Shown here in pieces: positions 11,966 to 24,390 of a stretch of 64,000 bases of DNA (positions within the stretch are counted from its first letter, which is position 1; each line of letters opens with the position of its first letter). Source of the stretch: Macrostomum lignano. Lineage: Eukaryota. The notes under the pieces were generated by a model. It worked only from the letters and a program-made list of their open reading frames with translations. It did not search any database and was not told the DNA's origin. The DNA is taken from the NCBI GenBank assembly GCA_002269645.1, contig NIVC01000029.1, forward strand, positions 186,001 through 250,000. Reading direction: 5' to 3'. The translations under genes and the position numbers were made by a program.

Positions 11966-12874
11966 TAGAAAATTTCAACTGATAAAAATCAGCCCATGAG
12001 TAAAATTGCCGGGGATTTCCAGGATTTCAATGATGCAGGGCTACCCTGAAAAAAGTCAAGTTAAATTCAAATTACTGAAGAAAACTACTTGACAATCTTG
12101 CTATGACGCCTAAGTGGATCGTTGGCGTGCATCAAACAGTAGGCAAAAGCATCATCAACCTGCTTGTCAGTAGAGCTCGAACGGGATCCCGATCCCGATC
12201 TCGAATTCTCGAGATCCCGAAGGCTTAGAGAACTCAGGATTCGGGAGCACAATAGATTGATAATGAAGATGATGCTTTCAACAATCAAGAGCAGTAATCA
12301 ATACTAAGCTAATTTTTGTAACAGCAACTATAAATATGTTGAAAGTCTGATCTTGAATTCACCAAATAAAGCAGCAGATTTTTACTTAGTAACAGATTTG
12401 TAAAGATTTGTACTCATAAATAACAAACTAACAAGTATGAGGCTTTTCACGAAGTGATTCGAGTTTGAGGCTTTTCACGAAGCGATTCCAGAACCAGAAT
12501 TTTACAAGAAAAAAGCAGTATAACTAATGCAACTCAATATTACATTAACGCAGAACAGTCGCCTTTCGTGCGATTTTTAGCCACCTTGTAACTCTTACTT
12601 TCAGAAAAAGTCTACAATGGCTCTTGATTCCTTTTTATTTAGGCGCTCAAAAGTTAGCTATACTTTGCAAAAAGGGTCTAGAACAAGAATTGACAATATG
12701 AAAAGCCCCTCATGGGTTTTTTGCTTTATGCACCTTTAATTGTCACCCAATTGAAGCTAATTTTAGATATTTGGCTGAAGGCATATTATAAAAACTGAGC
12801 ATTTTTTTACGTTTGTAGTTGTGGACTTGTTTCTTTCATTTTATCAATAAGCATATCACATTAATAATTTCAGA

Positions 12875-13834
12875 CTAATTGACCACAGATGATTGCACTT
12901 TGAGTGCATCTTGCACCACAAGATTCAGTTTGTGGGCGATGCACCCACCACTTAGAAGTTCACTGATATGATCGTCTTTGAGTAGCTGTTTGGCTTTCAC
13001 TATATTGCTAGCATTGTCAGTGATCATAGCAATCACTTTGTCAGAAATGTTCCACTCTTGAAACAGCTCCTGCAGAGTAGACGCAATCAATACAGCCGTA
13101 TGGTTGTCTGTTAGTTGAGGCAGGGCCAAGACAGTTGAAAACCGAGTGAGATCAGGTCGGATGGCATGTAGTGTAAGACTCATTAGCGAGATGCTTTGTT
13201 CTGTCCATATGTCAGTAGTCACTGAAGCATGTTGAATCGTGGACAGGATTCCAAGCAGCTCCTGTTTCACTTTGTCAAACATGTCATCAACTTGCTTGCG
13301 ATGGTAGTGATCAGATTTGACTACATATTGTGGAGCTGCAACCTTCAGGACTCCACAAAATCCTTCATCCGATACCACTGAGAAAGGCTGGCTGTCTAAG
13401 ATCATCATTCGTGTAATAGCGAAATCCAAGGCCTTAGACTTTGGAAAGCTATAGTCCCACGGCTTTGTGGCTTCCAAAGTTTCAAGTATGGTCTTTTGGA
13501 CCAATTTTTGACAACTTTGTGAGTCAGTATCCATACCAGTGGAATAGTCAGAGTCAGCAAGTTTAGCAGGCTCATCTCCATCTCTAATGTCATTTGCACT
13601 TGAGGTGCTCGTGCTTAGTTGATTCCTTTTTAGATTATTCGCTTTAGAATGATTGGATTCAAGAGACTTCAATTCCATAAAAAAGTCTGGATGGCAAGAC
13701 TCAACATGTCGACGGGGGCCACTTGTGGAGGCAGTTTTACAGACAATTATACGCTTGCAATCAGGCTTCAGACAAATGGCATGTAAAATTCCATTTTGCA
13801 CTTCCTTCTTGAAAAAACGCCAGACAAAGCTCAT
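12875..13834 (-). pseudogene. hAT-family transposase fragment with N-terminal BED zinc finger (3'-truncated)
   Basis: VWRFF..C..PDC..STSGPRRHVESCH BED finger; MMILDSQPFSVVSDEGF, SVTTDIWT, HTA, ITDNASNIVKA and CIAHKLNLVVQDAL are hAT core motifs. The ORF stops before the RW and dimerisation regions. Confidence 0.87.
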
Positions 13835-15900
13835 TACAATTGCTATTGCTCAATAGAAGAGGATGGAAGTTACTCAAAATATCTTTACTTCTTCAATGAT
13901 CAATTAATCAATTTATTGATTACTAAACAGTGATGCTATTGCTGACCAGACCTGATATTGATAGTTAATACTGATAGCCAATAGGTAGGCTAGGATAGCT
14001 GAAATGTGAAAAGGAAAAATTTTTATTATCTCAACTTGTTACCTTAACATGAACATCTACTATCAGTAATCAGTATAGTACAATGGCAGTATAATACTTT
14101 AAATACTGTATTTAACATCTGAGATTTGATTTGAATGAGTATAACAAATTAACAATCATAACATCTTCCAATCTAATGATTTCCATATGATCATATAAAC
14201 AGCCAATGTCATTATGTCAATAACCTTTTAGATAAGCACATATATGGTCTTACTCAAACTTTAAACAATGACACTAAAATGGTATAATAGTATTTAATTA
14301 CAAATTACAAGATTCAGATTAACGTAACTATAATTCTGAAATCTAATATATTATTGATTCTTTAATTATAAGTGTAATGTAAAATGAATGAAGTTGAATT
14401 TGATTTGTTTATTATAACCTAATACCTAACTTAATATTTATTTTTAATTAAAAGACAGTTTACCTTATTGTCCTTATGACCCTATTCCATGATTATAATA
14501 TAAAATATTAGGGCATATTAGCAACTATTGAACTTAATTCTTAGTAGCTTAGCTATAGCTATCTATTCTATCTACCTTCATATCATACCTAATTCCTATT
14601 CCTCATACTGTAACTGTACTGCTGTCATACATAACATAACACTTTGAAATAGCACAAATGGATGTGAATTATGAATTGATTATAGATAGCATGCTCCTGC
14701 CTTATTAAGAATTAACATTGATCAAAGAAGGCAAAAATATTTAAAACAAGACTTTCAATTTTAGTTGAACTTGAAATTAAGTTAGTACTTTACTTATAAT
14801 ACAAATAACAATTACAATACACAATATCAAATATCAACAACTATATTTATTATTTTGTTTTCTACTTTTCTATTAGTATCATGCATACTCTAAAGTCTAA
14901 ATTCACAGATTTACAACGATTGGATCAGGAAAGGAAAGACTTAAAATGCTATATTAGGCTGTTAATGCAATATATAACTGTTTTATTAAAAATACAACAT
15001 TTGAAAAAAATAAAGTTGAAATTTGACAAACATTTTAATGATACATAACCATATATTCATGCATTGCATTGTTGCAATTTATACAATAGTCAACTTCAAC
15101 TTGACTATTACTGTTATTCTGCTTGACTTAATTTTTTTGGTTTATATTGTATTCGAACATTTTTCTATTATTCCTAAATGTAAAAGTATTCACTTATTCA
15201 TATTTCACAATCATAATCATATTATTGTAAATATTGTAATATGTACTGATTGTACTCCAAATTTTGCTAGTATTGCAGTTATCATTTGCTAAATTATTTT
15301 CAATTTAAATTTGTGCCAAAAGGGACATTGCTGAGTCGTTAGTCGTGACAATCTCAAAGAGAACCTTAAACCCCTAACCCTAGGAACTTGAAAGACAAAG
15401 CCTTAATTCTTTAAGATGCTTTAATTGCTTGCTTATAAATCTTTTTTAAGTTTTCATAGTTGTTTAAGTTAGTTCAACTTGAAATAATGAAACATATCCA
15501 CAATGGTCCCTTTTGGTGCAAATTTGGTGGAATTATATGACAGACAATTTTCGCCAGTTTATATTGCTACTATATTGAGAAGATATTGCCGGGCGAGCTA
15601 TCGCCACTTATTGAGTGGCAACATGAGTGCGATCATTTGGCGATATTCATGGTTACGTGGGTGGTTGAGCCATTTTTTTTCTAATTGTCAATTGATCAAA
15701 TAGATAGGCCTAGTCACAGACAAACCAATTTTAGAATATTTAGCTTTATGCAATTGTTTAGCATTGAGTAAGCTTTAAATTTGTTTGCTATTTATCTGTA
15801 TCTGTCAGGGAGCTAAGCTATAGGGACAACTCAAGTTGCATTTGTATTTATAGCATTAGGCTAGGCCTAGCCGCCTATTGAATATATAAAACAGGTCCTA

Positions 15901-18434
15901 GTCATTTTGTCAACTGGCCATTTCGTCAACTCGGTTTTATCACTGGTCATTTCGTCAACTAGCCAATGAAGCAATCTCCAAACTCAGTCACTTCGTCAAC
16001 TGGCCAACAGGAAATGTTCCAACATTGGTCACTTCGTTAACTGCCAATAAACTACCCCTCGTAGCCGCAAAAAAAGGTAAAACTAAACCCTGAAATAACT
16101 AAGTTGACAGGCTAATTAATATTCATAATCATACCCTTTTGCAAAATTTGCCAGCTTTCAATCGATGCGTCTCTGTTATATGCTTATACATGTACTCACA
16201 AAATATAATGTGCTGGCTCATTCCATATAAGCATGGTTGTAACATGACAGGCTATTTTTACTTATAAAATGAAATATAATAATAGAATATACTAAACCAA
16301 TATTTTAAATGAAAGATAATTTTGTCAAGAATATTTTTATAGAGTTTCATGTAGATATCATCATTAGTATAGATGCTATTAAACCTTGAATGGCACTTAT
16401 GGTTGTAACAACAGGATTTTTGACATATAGAAACTAAAAGGTAAAAGTCTTATAACATTTTTTATTTTTGATATTTTGCAATACATTTTTTAAAATTTGA
16501 CTAAGAACATCTTTAGTAATCATACTCTTTTTGTAGAATATATAAACTCAAAAAGGCAACAAAGATACAAAAGAAAAGGCAGCCTTATGGTCGTAACATT
16601 ATGGTTGTAACCTATTTTTTTCTGTCAATTCAGTAACTTTGAGGTACGAATATATTAAAAATATAATAGATTATTTGGTCACCAATACTTTTATCTGATG
16701 ATGCAAGTACCATACTTTTATCTATAGTTTGTTTTAACTTTCCGAAGCTTTCTATTTGTTTTTAAAAAGGTACACAAACTTAATGATGTCTTTTGCTTAG
16801 AAAAATGTCCAAATTTTTACAAAAATGACTTTTTGCCACTTGATAACATATTAATCCAACATTTTATCATTCATTTATTCTTAGATTTTAGATATTACAC
16901 ATAAGAAACATTTGGTAAAAAAATTGGCTAATAAGGCAATGGCAAGCAAAAATATTGACTTTTTTCTATTTTCTAAAAATGTCCATCTTATATGGAATGA
17001 GCCTGCTCATGTGTTTGAAATGTATGCAGCATGACAGGGTTGACATCCCATGTTACACTTTTGTATATGTTAAATTTTGAATGCAGAAGTTAATTAAGAA
17101 GTAGTAGTTGAAGAGTACCCAGACCAAAGATAATGCTTAAAGTCGCCAGGTCTTCTATTCAAAAAACATATATATAGCATACATACGTAGGCAATCTTAA
17201 CTTAAAGGCGGCATGCAGCAGGCCAGCGTGTGCTGCCTCAACTTGTTGCTTGAGCGACTTCATCAGCGTCTAGGTCTTGACAGTGTACAGCAGGATGGTC
17301 TCTATCACTGCCTCGCCTGGAACAACACTGCCCTCTAGCGATCAGCTGTACATTAAGCTGGCCTCAGACTGCAGGACTCCCCCAGACTACATGTTAATCT
17401 ACTATAGCTCAAGCCAGTAATGTCAGAACATATTTCAGAGTGGGGGGCTATTGATGGGAAGGCACATTGCATATAATTTCTTCTAATCTAAGGGCACCCA
17501 AACTCCTGCTGTTATATGAGTTTGTGGCAATATAACATAACTAGGCCAATATTCAATTCTATATTGGAGTAGCCAAAAGTCTAGCTGAAAATGCTCAAAT
17601 TTTCAATTAATTCAAACATTGCGCGTGAGCATGTGAATCGTGCGCAATTATATACTTTGATCAAAAGCATTACCGGATATCAAGATTTGCTGCAGGGGCT
17701 TTGGCTGACTGTGCACAGCAAGGTGGAGGGATGGGAAGGTGCATGCAGTCCATTAATTTTCACAACTCCATAGAGGACTTCATTTTTTAAAAATAAGGCA
17801 ATTAATAAAACAAGTCATTGATATAACAATAATTGTAAGCTATACAAGATATTCAGCTGTATCAGCTATAGGGGTTGGACGTGATCACAATTGTGATCAC
17901 AATTTTGTGAATTCACGACCATTTTTTCACAATCATGATTTCCTTGAAACCCGTTCACGACAGTCATGAATTTCCACTTTATTACATTTTTATTAGAAGT
18001 ATAACTTCTCTACTTGGTTTACCAAAATATGTGAACACAAATGTGTAAAAGAGTAATAAATTTTAAATTTGTTGACTTGACAGCATTACTGAGTAGCTAT
18101 TATCAATTTATAAATATTTCTTTTCTTGTTTTGTTATTTTCAACACTTGTAACTTATGAGCTCAAAATACGTGTATGCAAATATAAATTCACGATCATAA
18201 TCATGATCACGCCCGACTTTGAAAATTTCACGCCTGACCAAAATTTTCTACTCGTTTGACCTCTAATCAGCTATATATGTATATCATTCATATAATGAAA
18301 ATTTTAGTCACTTTGTCAACAAGCAAATGGGAAGGACCTAGGCATTGGTCACTTTGTCAACCACCAGTAAAGTTGCCCCAACACTTTGGTTACTTTGTCA
18401 ACCGAGTTGACGAAACGCCAGTTGACAAAATGAC
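15901..18434. mobile_element. Non-autonomous TIR element with subterminal TTYGTCAAC repeats
   Basis: GTCATTTTGTCAACTGGCCATTTCGTCAACTCGG matches the reverse complement of CCGAGTTGACGAAACGCCAGTTGACAAAATGAC. A related terminus sits on the minus strand near 36170-36210. Confidence 0.6.
16215..17003. mobile_element. Nested MITE with GGC termini
   Basis: 17-bp perfect TIR GGCTCATTCCATATAAG / CTTATATGGAATGAGCC; TGCT on both flanks; internal ATGGTTGTAAC repeats. Confidence 0.65.
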
Positions 18435-21400
18435 CATCACCCATGTAAAACATGTAAAACATGTAAAACATTAGAACATGTTTAATATGTCTAGCAGTAT
18501 GTTATATAATAAGGTAGGCACTAGTATATTATTGTTTGACTATATTCACTTATTATATTATGAATCTTCATGCTTATTAGTGTAGCACCTCTTAAAATTT
18601 TTTACAAATTTTCAATTTGGACTAGGCCCCTTATTTATGCCGGCACCGGCAGGCACTGGCAGACAAGTAGCCAATAGACGAATAATCTAGTATCCTCCTA
18701 GTGAATACCACCTAATTTATCAATAATCTAATTTATCAATGGCAGTAGCTAGAATTCTAGCATTGGGACCCCTTTTCTTATAGCTATGGATCCTACAATG
18801 GAATTCCAATAGTGCAATTTATGGGTATAATATAACAAAAACATTTTAATTTTTTATTAGGTAGTTGATATTAAGATTTTGTTTAAGATAAGATCAAAAT
18901 GAAACAATGAGATTCAAAACAAGATAGGAGGGCCTACTTCTAATGTTTAAAACTTTATTAGTAGATAACTGCCTGTAGAAGATTGCTATATCCATGACTA
19001 TAGCCATAATAAAATGGGTTCCACTGCCACAAGGTTGTGGATGGTATGCTTGTATACCGGAACCTTTCTGGCATACAAAATGGCAACCCTAAGTCCTTGG
19101 CATACATAACCCCTGGCGCACTTTGTTGGCATACAAAAGTAAGACAATCATGCATACTTTTTTGGCATACAAATTTTGGTGAATAAATTCATGCTGTGCA
19201 TGAAAATTTACCATAAAGAAAAGCAAAATTTGTATAGTCCAGAAAGTCTGTGATAAACGTTTTGCTTCTTTAAAATAAGAATAAACCAAATTAGTATAAA
19301 TTACTGCTAAGAGCATCAAATTTGCATAATTATTTCTATAGGTATAGTTTAAGTTTAATTTAATTTGATTTAATTTGAATTTAATTTGAGCTGGCAACCT
19401 AAGCACTATATAGCATATTTGCTCTATTGCTCTATTAGCATAGCCACCAAAGTGTAGTAGGGACCTATTTGCTGGCCCTCATTTTTGGTGCTAAACTTAA
19501 TGGCAGTTGATGTGGCAGCCATCTTGATCACTGGGGCAATGGTTGCCAGTTCATAATGGTAGGCAAATCTTGACCAACTCTGGTCATTGCTGGCACATTA
19601 TAGGGGGATCCCCCCTTGGTCTTAAAAAGCAGTAGCTTAGCTAGATGCTATGTCAGATCCTTTGTTTTTGTAGACAAGTTGTTGTTGCTATCTGCTACCC
19701 AAGCTGTGGGAGCTGCAGCTTGACTCAATGGTCCGAAAGTCACATAGAAAAATAAGCCATAGAGCTTCACATAATGTAAGTTTAGAATTTAGACAAAATT
19801 ACTGTAAGGGGCAATTTGAGGCTTTTTTACTAACATTAATAAGGGAAAAATAGTTAAATAGTATGATATTAACTGAAATGGCATATGCTGGTCTATATAA
19901 GGAGTTATAACAAACAAAGGGGAAACAAAAGGGCATAGGAAAAATTTTTCTTAGGCTTTCGGCTCAATTGAAATAAAGATTATAAGCCTCAGTTCATTTC
20001 AGATGCCCTTACTAAGGATAAGGCCATGAATAAAAGGGCCTGACCTGAGTGTGGCAGAAAATAAGCAATGGTTAGGACAGAAAAAAATTAATTACCTTCA
20101 ACTTAGTAATTTTGAGCTAAGAAGGCTTACAATAGTTGTATATCACCTAAAGTGAAAGGGAGAAGGAGACTTTAAACAGATATACTTGAGATTTAGAGAT
20201 GAAATTGAGATTTAGAGATGAAAATTCTCTTTGTTTTTACTTTTTTCAAAAGGTTAGCTTTGTTGTCCCTAGTTAGGAAACAACTTTAATATACTAAATT
20301 ATGTTTACTATAGGAGGAAAAAGAATCAAAGACATAGATTGTAACAAAAATAGCACAGATTGTTTTTGTACATTTGGTTTTGGCTTTTATGGCTATGTTA
20401 AATTTTTGACAATTTTGAGTTCTTTAATTGCTTTATCTAAATTAGCAGAGGCATACATAAGTTTTTTAAGTATGCCACAAGCCAAAAACATAGTTTTTTA
20501 GATTTTGTTCTATTCCAAAGCATTACCAAGTGTCTTGTTTTTGTACAAACCTTTATATCAAGTAGAATAGACTGCAGTGCAATGGTATTAGCAGAAAAAA
20601 CCTGGGAGTATATACCACTATTAGTGTATTGGTTTAGCAGACAGTTTACAAGACCAGGTTGATGGCCATTGTCTTGTGACATGGCTGGAAATAAACACAT
20701 TAAGGTTTGAAAAAAAATTTGAAAATGGGTATTTCACTAAGATTGTTACATTTGTCTATCTACTTGAAGCGCCCCAAATGCTAAAATCCAAGTGAAGAAT
20801 CTACAAATTAGCTATAATAGGGTAGAATGTTGCATTTATTGTATAACTGCATTGGCTAAAGTTATAAATTGTTAGTGTTATGACTATAAAAGGCACAATA
20901 ACAAAAACAACAACTTGAGGATCTTATTTAATTATAGAAAACATTCTGAAATGCAGCATTTGCTATTTATATATTGAGTGTTGAGTTTCAAAACCATTTT
21001 TATCTGAAATTAGATTCAATAAGTTTTAGAATCTTTTGAATGTGAAATTTGTTGAAAGTAGCATTGAGCTGACTAAGGAAGGGTGAATTCATGTTTGCTT
21101 AAAGAGAGCATATAGGAATAAGAAAACTAAAAGGTTTAAAACAAATGTTATAAGGCATATGCAAGTATATAGCATTTTAATTAGGCTAATTGGAAAGCCT
21201 TTGGCAATTATATGACTTAAGTAGCAAAATTGTTTTGTTTCTTTCTAAAAAAATGGCATGGACATCAGCTGTTAGAAAAGAAGCAAAATAGACTTAATGT
21301 GGTAAATATTGACTCTGGCATAAATAGTTCCATCAATTGTCTCAAAAAAGTTAATACAATCATAGTGCAACTTTCTATTGTAGAAAAAATAGTCATAATT

Positions 21401-23562
21401 GCAGCTTTGCTACCTGCTCTAAAAGCCAAAAGAATGGTATACACACATATCCTTTATGCACACATCAATGCATATCAGTTAGCTTTGGAGATACAGAATA
21501 ACATGCAATTGGAAGTGGTTTTGAGTTCACTTGGTGACTCTTTAGCAATTAATATTAAAAATTCAGCAAAACTTTGTGTTATAGGGTTAACTTCTGCCTG
21601 TGTTCTTATCACAACGCTGCTACCAAATTTGTTGTAGGGTTGTTTTATTTATAGTTTGATCCTACTGCTTAGCTATCTAGTTATTATAAGGGTTGGGAAA
21701 TTATGTTGGAACTTTCTTAGGAATGGGGAATAATGTTCAATTTTTATTACTATAAGGAGTAAGCCTAGGGTTGCTCCTGGTAGTGTAGTGTCCAAGCAGC
21801 AAGACACTGTCTATCTATAATTACTTAACTGGTCTGAGTGAGGGCACGTAATGGATCAGAGTTGCCTGGAAAAATGCACTAATGGGGAATTTCAATATCT
21901 AATCAGGAATGCTGACATTGGGTAAGGAATGGGCCTAATGGGGAAGGAGTGTAGGGGAAGAGGATTGTCAAAAAAACTTGGTAAGTTGCTTGGAACGCGC
22001 AAAGACTGGGTGGCCTGTGCATTAGGGGAAGGGGAGGGGGAGGCTTGAATGCACACACAACTGGGGGAAAGGGGGTTGAGGGGGACACAGTTCTTTCAAC
22101 GAGGGGGAGGGGGAGTGTTTGCTGGGAGGGGAGAAGCAGTCAGAGCTTTAAGGGAATAGGGGGGGGGGGTTATTGGGGAAAGAAAGGAAGACTGAAAGCT
22201 GAATCACTTCTATTTTTAGAACAAACTGTTCATTCACTAGAAGCAAAAGATTGCAAACTCGTGAGAGCACAAGAACACATGTTGATTTCTTTTACCTTGT
22301 ATTTTACTCATATTTATATGGCTATTAATAAAAATGGCAGACAATTTTAAACAAAACATATATAAAAGAAACTAATTATAGTAAAATTATAGTATTAAAA
22401 CACATTACTTATTTATGTATACTTACTTTTAATGATTTTAAAAAAATAAACAACAAAAATAATGATTTACATTGAAAATGAAATAAAAATAATGTATTTA
22501 GCTAGGCAACTGTTGAAGAAGGCTGATAATGATTTGTAAGGCAGTAATGAATAACAACAGACAAAAATAGGTTTTACATATTGCAAAAATAAAGCTGGCA
22601 CATTTGTGAAGCAAGCAATCTTGTTCATGTGACCATGTGTTCTATGAAAAAAATTTTGATTTAACAACTTGCAACTTAGATGAAAAATGGTCAGGCTTGC
22701 AATTGCAAGTTCTCAGAAAAGACTGAAAATAGCAATTTCTCTTACTTTTAGTCATTTAAATCAATCAGATTAAAAAAGTTTGTAAAAGAAAAAAACATTC
22801 TTAATTTTTTTAAATAAAGTACAATTCAGAGCATGACAATGGACAAATACTATTGCTGACAACAAATAGTGTTTGACTGTCATTAGTGCATTAGTACAGA
22901 TATACCACTGCCTTGAACAGTCAATGCAGAGCCATCTTGGATTCCATTGCCTTAAACAGTCACAGCAGAGCCACTAGAACCACCAGAAGCCATGCTGCCA
23001 ATATTAAACTCAGTAGTGCCATATCTAAATAACAGTTAGTCTTAGATGCTCCTAAAGAAAATTGGATTTGCTTGTAAACCTTCCATATCAACTTTAGTTT
23101 GTATCTTTTTAATAATTTAGTGGATAATCAGCTAATATTTCAGCAGGCCAGTTAAACCAACAATTAGCCAATTCTTTTTAGGCCATTTTTCCAGACCTGC
23201 CACCCGCAACTGATGAACTGATAATATAGGATTGTGTTATGCTCCTTCCCAAGCTCTTGAAGATGTTCCTAGAAATAGAAATTGCTGCTCCGGAAGTAGC
23301 TAGATAGTACCATTGTACTAACATCAATTTGCCTGAAAAAGAACCCAAAACGTTAGCCTTAGACTTGGTAGGGTTGCTACCACCTTGGTGTGTGGACTTG
23401 ACGCATTGGCAGATTTGTCTATCCATCACCTGCAATAAAATAACAAAGTCGCTTGGAGCAAGGCAAATCTGAAAAATGTCTCTACAGTCGATTGTCTTAG
23501 TAGAATATTGCTCAAACCTGAAAACCTGAAATGAGAAAGGAGAGCTTGGAGGAGGCTTCATG

Positions 23563-24390
23563 AGTTAGCCACAATGCTTTGCAAGACAACGTAGGGAACG
23601 CGATTAGGAGAAAAATGGCTCACAGATGCTCCGTATTTATAGCCGAGCAGACCCCCAAAAGTCACGTGAGTTTCATGCAGTGAGCACATGAAACTTCCTT
23701 ATATGGTCATCAGGATCATGCAAGCAACATGGGCGGCGCGGTTCCCTCAGTTTTTCGTGCCTCGTAGGCGGACTTTAACCGAGACAACCCTAGGTTGGTC
23801 CAAACGTAGCATATGGCCGCGGCGCTCTCTGTGTTATGGCTAGCGCAGAGGGCTGGATAGGCGCAAGCCATCTCACTTCTACCGTTGGGCATTGAGGGTG
23901 CAGCGTGTCCCATTGGCTGCGGCGCCTGCGCGTCGGGTCCTGCGCCGGTGTAGGGATGACTCAGGCCATGCGGGATGGTGGGGCTGGCCGCGTTCATTTG
24001 CGCCAACTAGCCGGCAAGGGCGTACGAGAAAATTTGACTTCTAAATTAGGCAAGCCTGTCATGCAGCAATGGCGTGACTTAAGGTCAGCGGCCACGCACA
24101 GTGTGCATGCAGTCACATGCTTTGAGTCATCCTGTTTACTCCCTCTAGGCAGCCTTTACACCCCGCGCAGGTGATGAGTCATCCTGCTATGCCTCCTCAG
24201 CATGGGAGAGGAAGGCATTGAGTGCAACTGTCGCGCCCGCTCAGGCGATGAGTCATTGGGCAGTAAACACTTAGGCCCAGCACAGAGTAACTTTCTCTCT
24301 AGATCAGGTGGACTGAGCCACTGTGCAGCGGATCACAGCGCTCTTAGGAACAGCTAGTGAATGCTTCTGAAAAGCCAGTTAGCAGCCAGT
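23563..24390 (-). mobile_element. GC-rich LTR-like segment (candidate 3' LTR or related fragment of the gypsy element)
   Basis: The minus strand carries several TGACTCA motifs, then CACGTGAC..CTCGGCTATAAATAC (TATA). It shares ~35 bp (ARKTEGTAPP-coding) with 25552-25588. TG/CA ends were not confidently placed. Confidence 0.35.

Larger units (their letters stand above)
10369..12044. mobile_element. Possible older MITE hosting the Tc1/mariner insertion
   Basis: Short imperfect inverted ends GTAGCCCCGCCATTG / CAATGATGCAGGGCTAC, with GCACCC-type internal repeats at ~10480-10610. No TSD found. Confidence 0.3.

Noticed and set aside
12085-12288. Second hAT transposase piece (DKQVDD resembles RKQVDD)
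   Set aside because: The match is five residues, and most of the ORF runs through a subterminal repeat.
23178-23561. 127-aa minus-strand ORF as a gene
   Set aside because: No recognisable motif or splice context; it abuts a TE boundary and the opposite strand is similarly semi-open.
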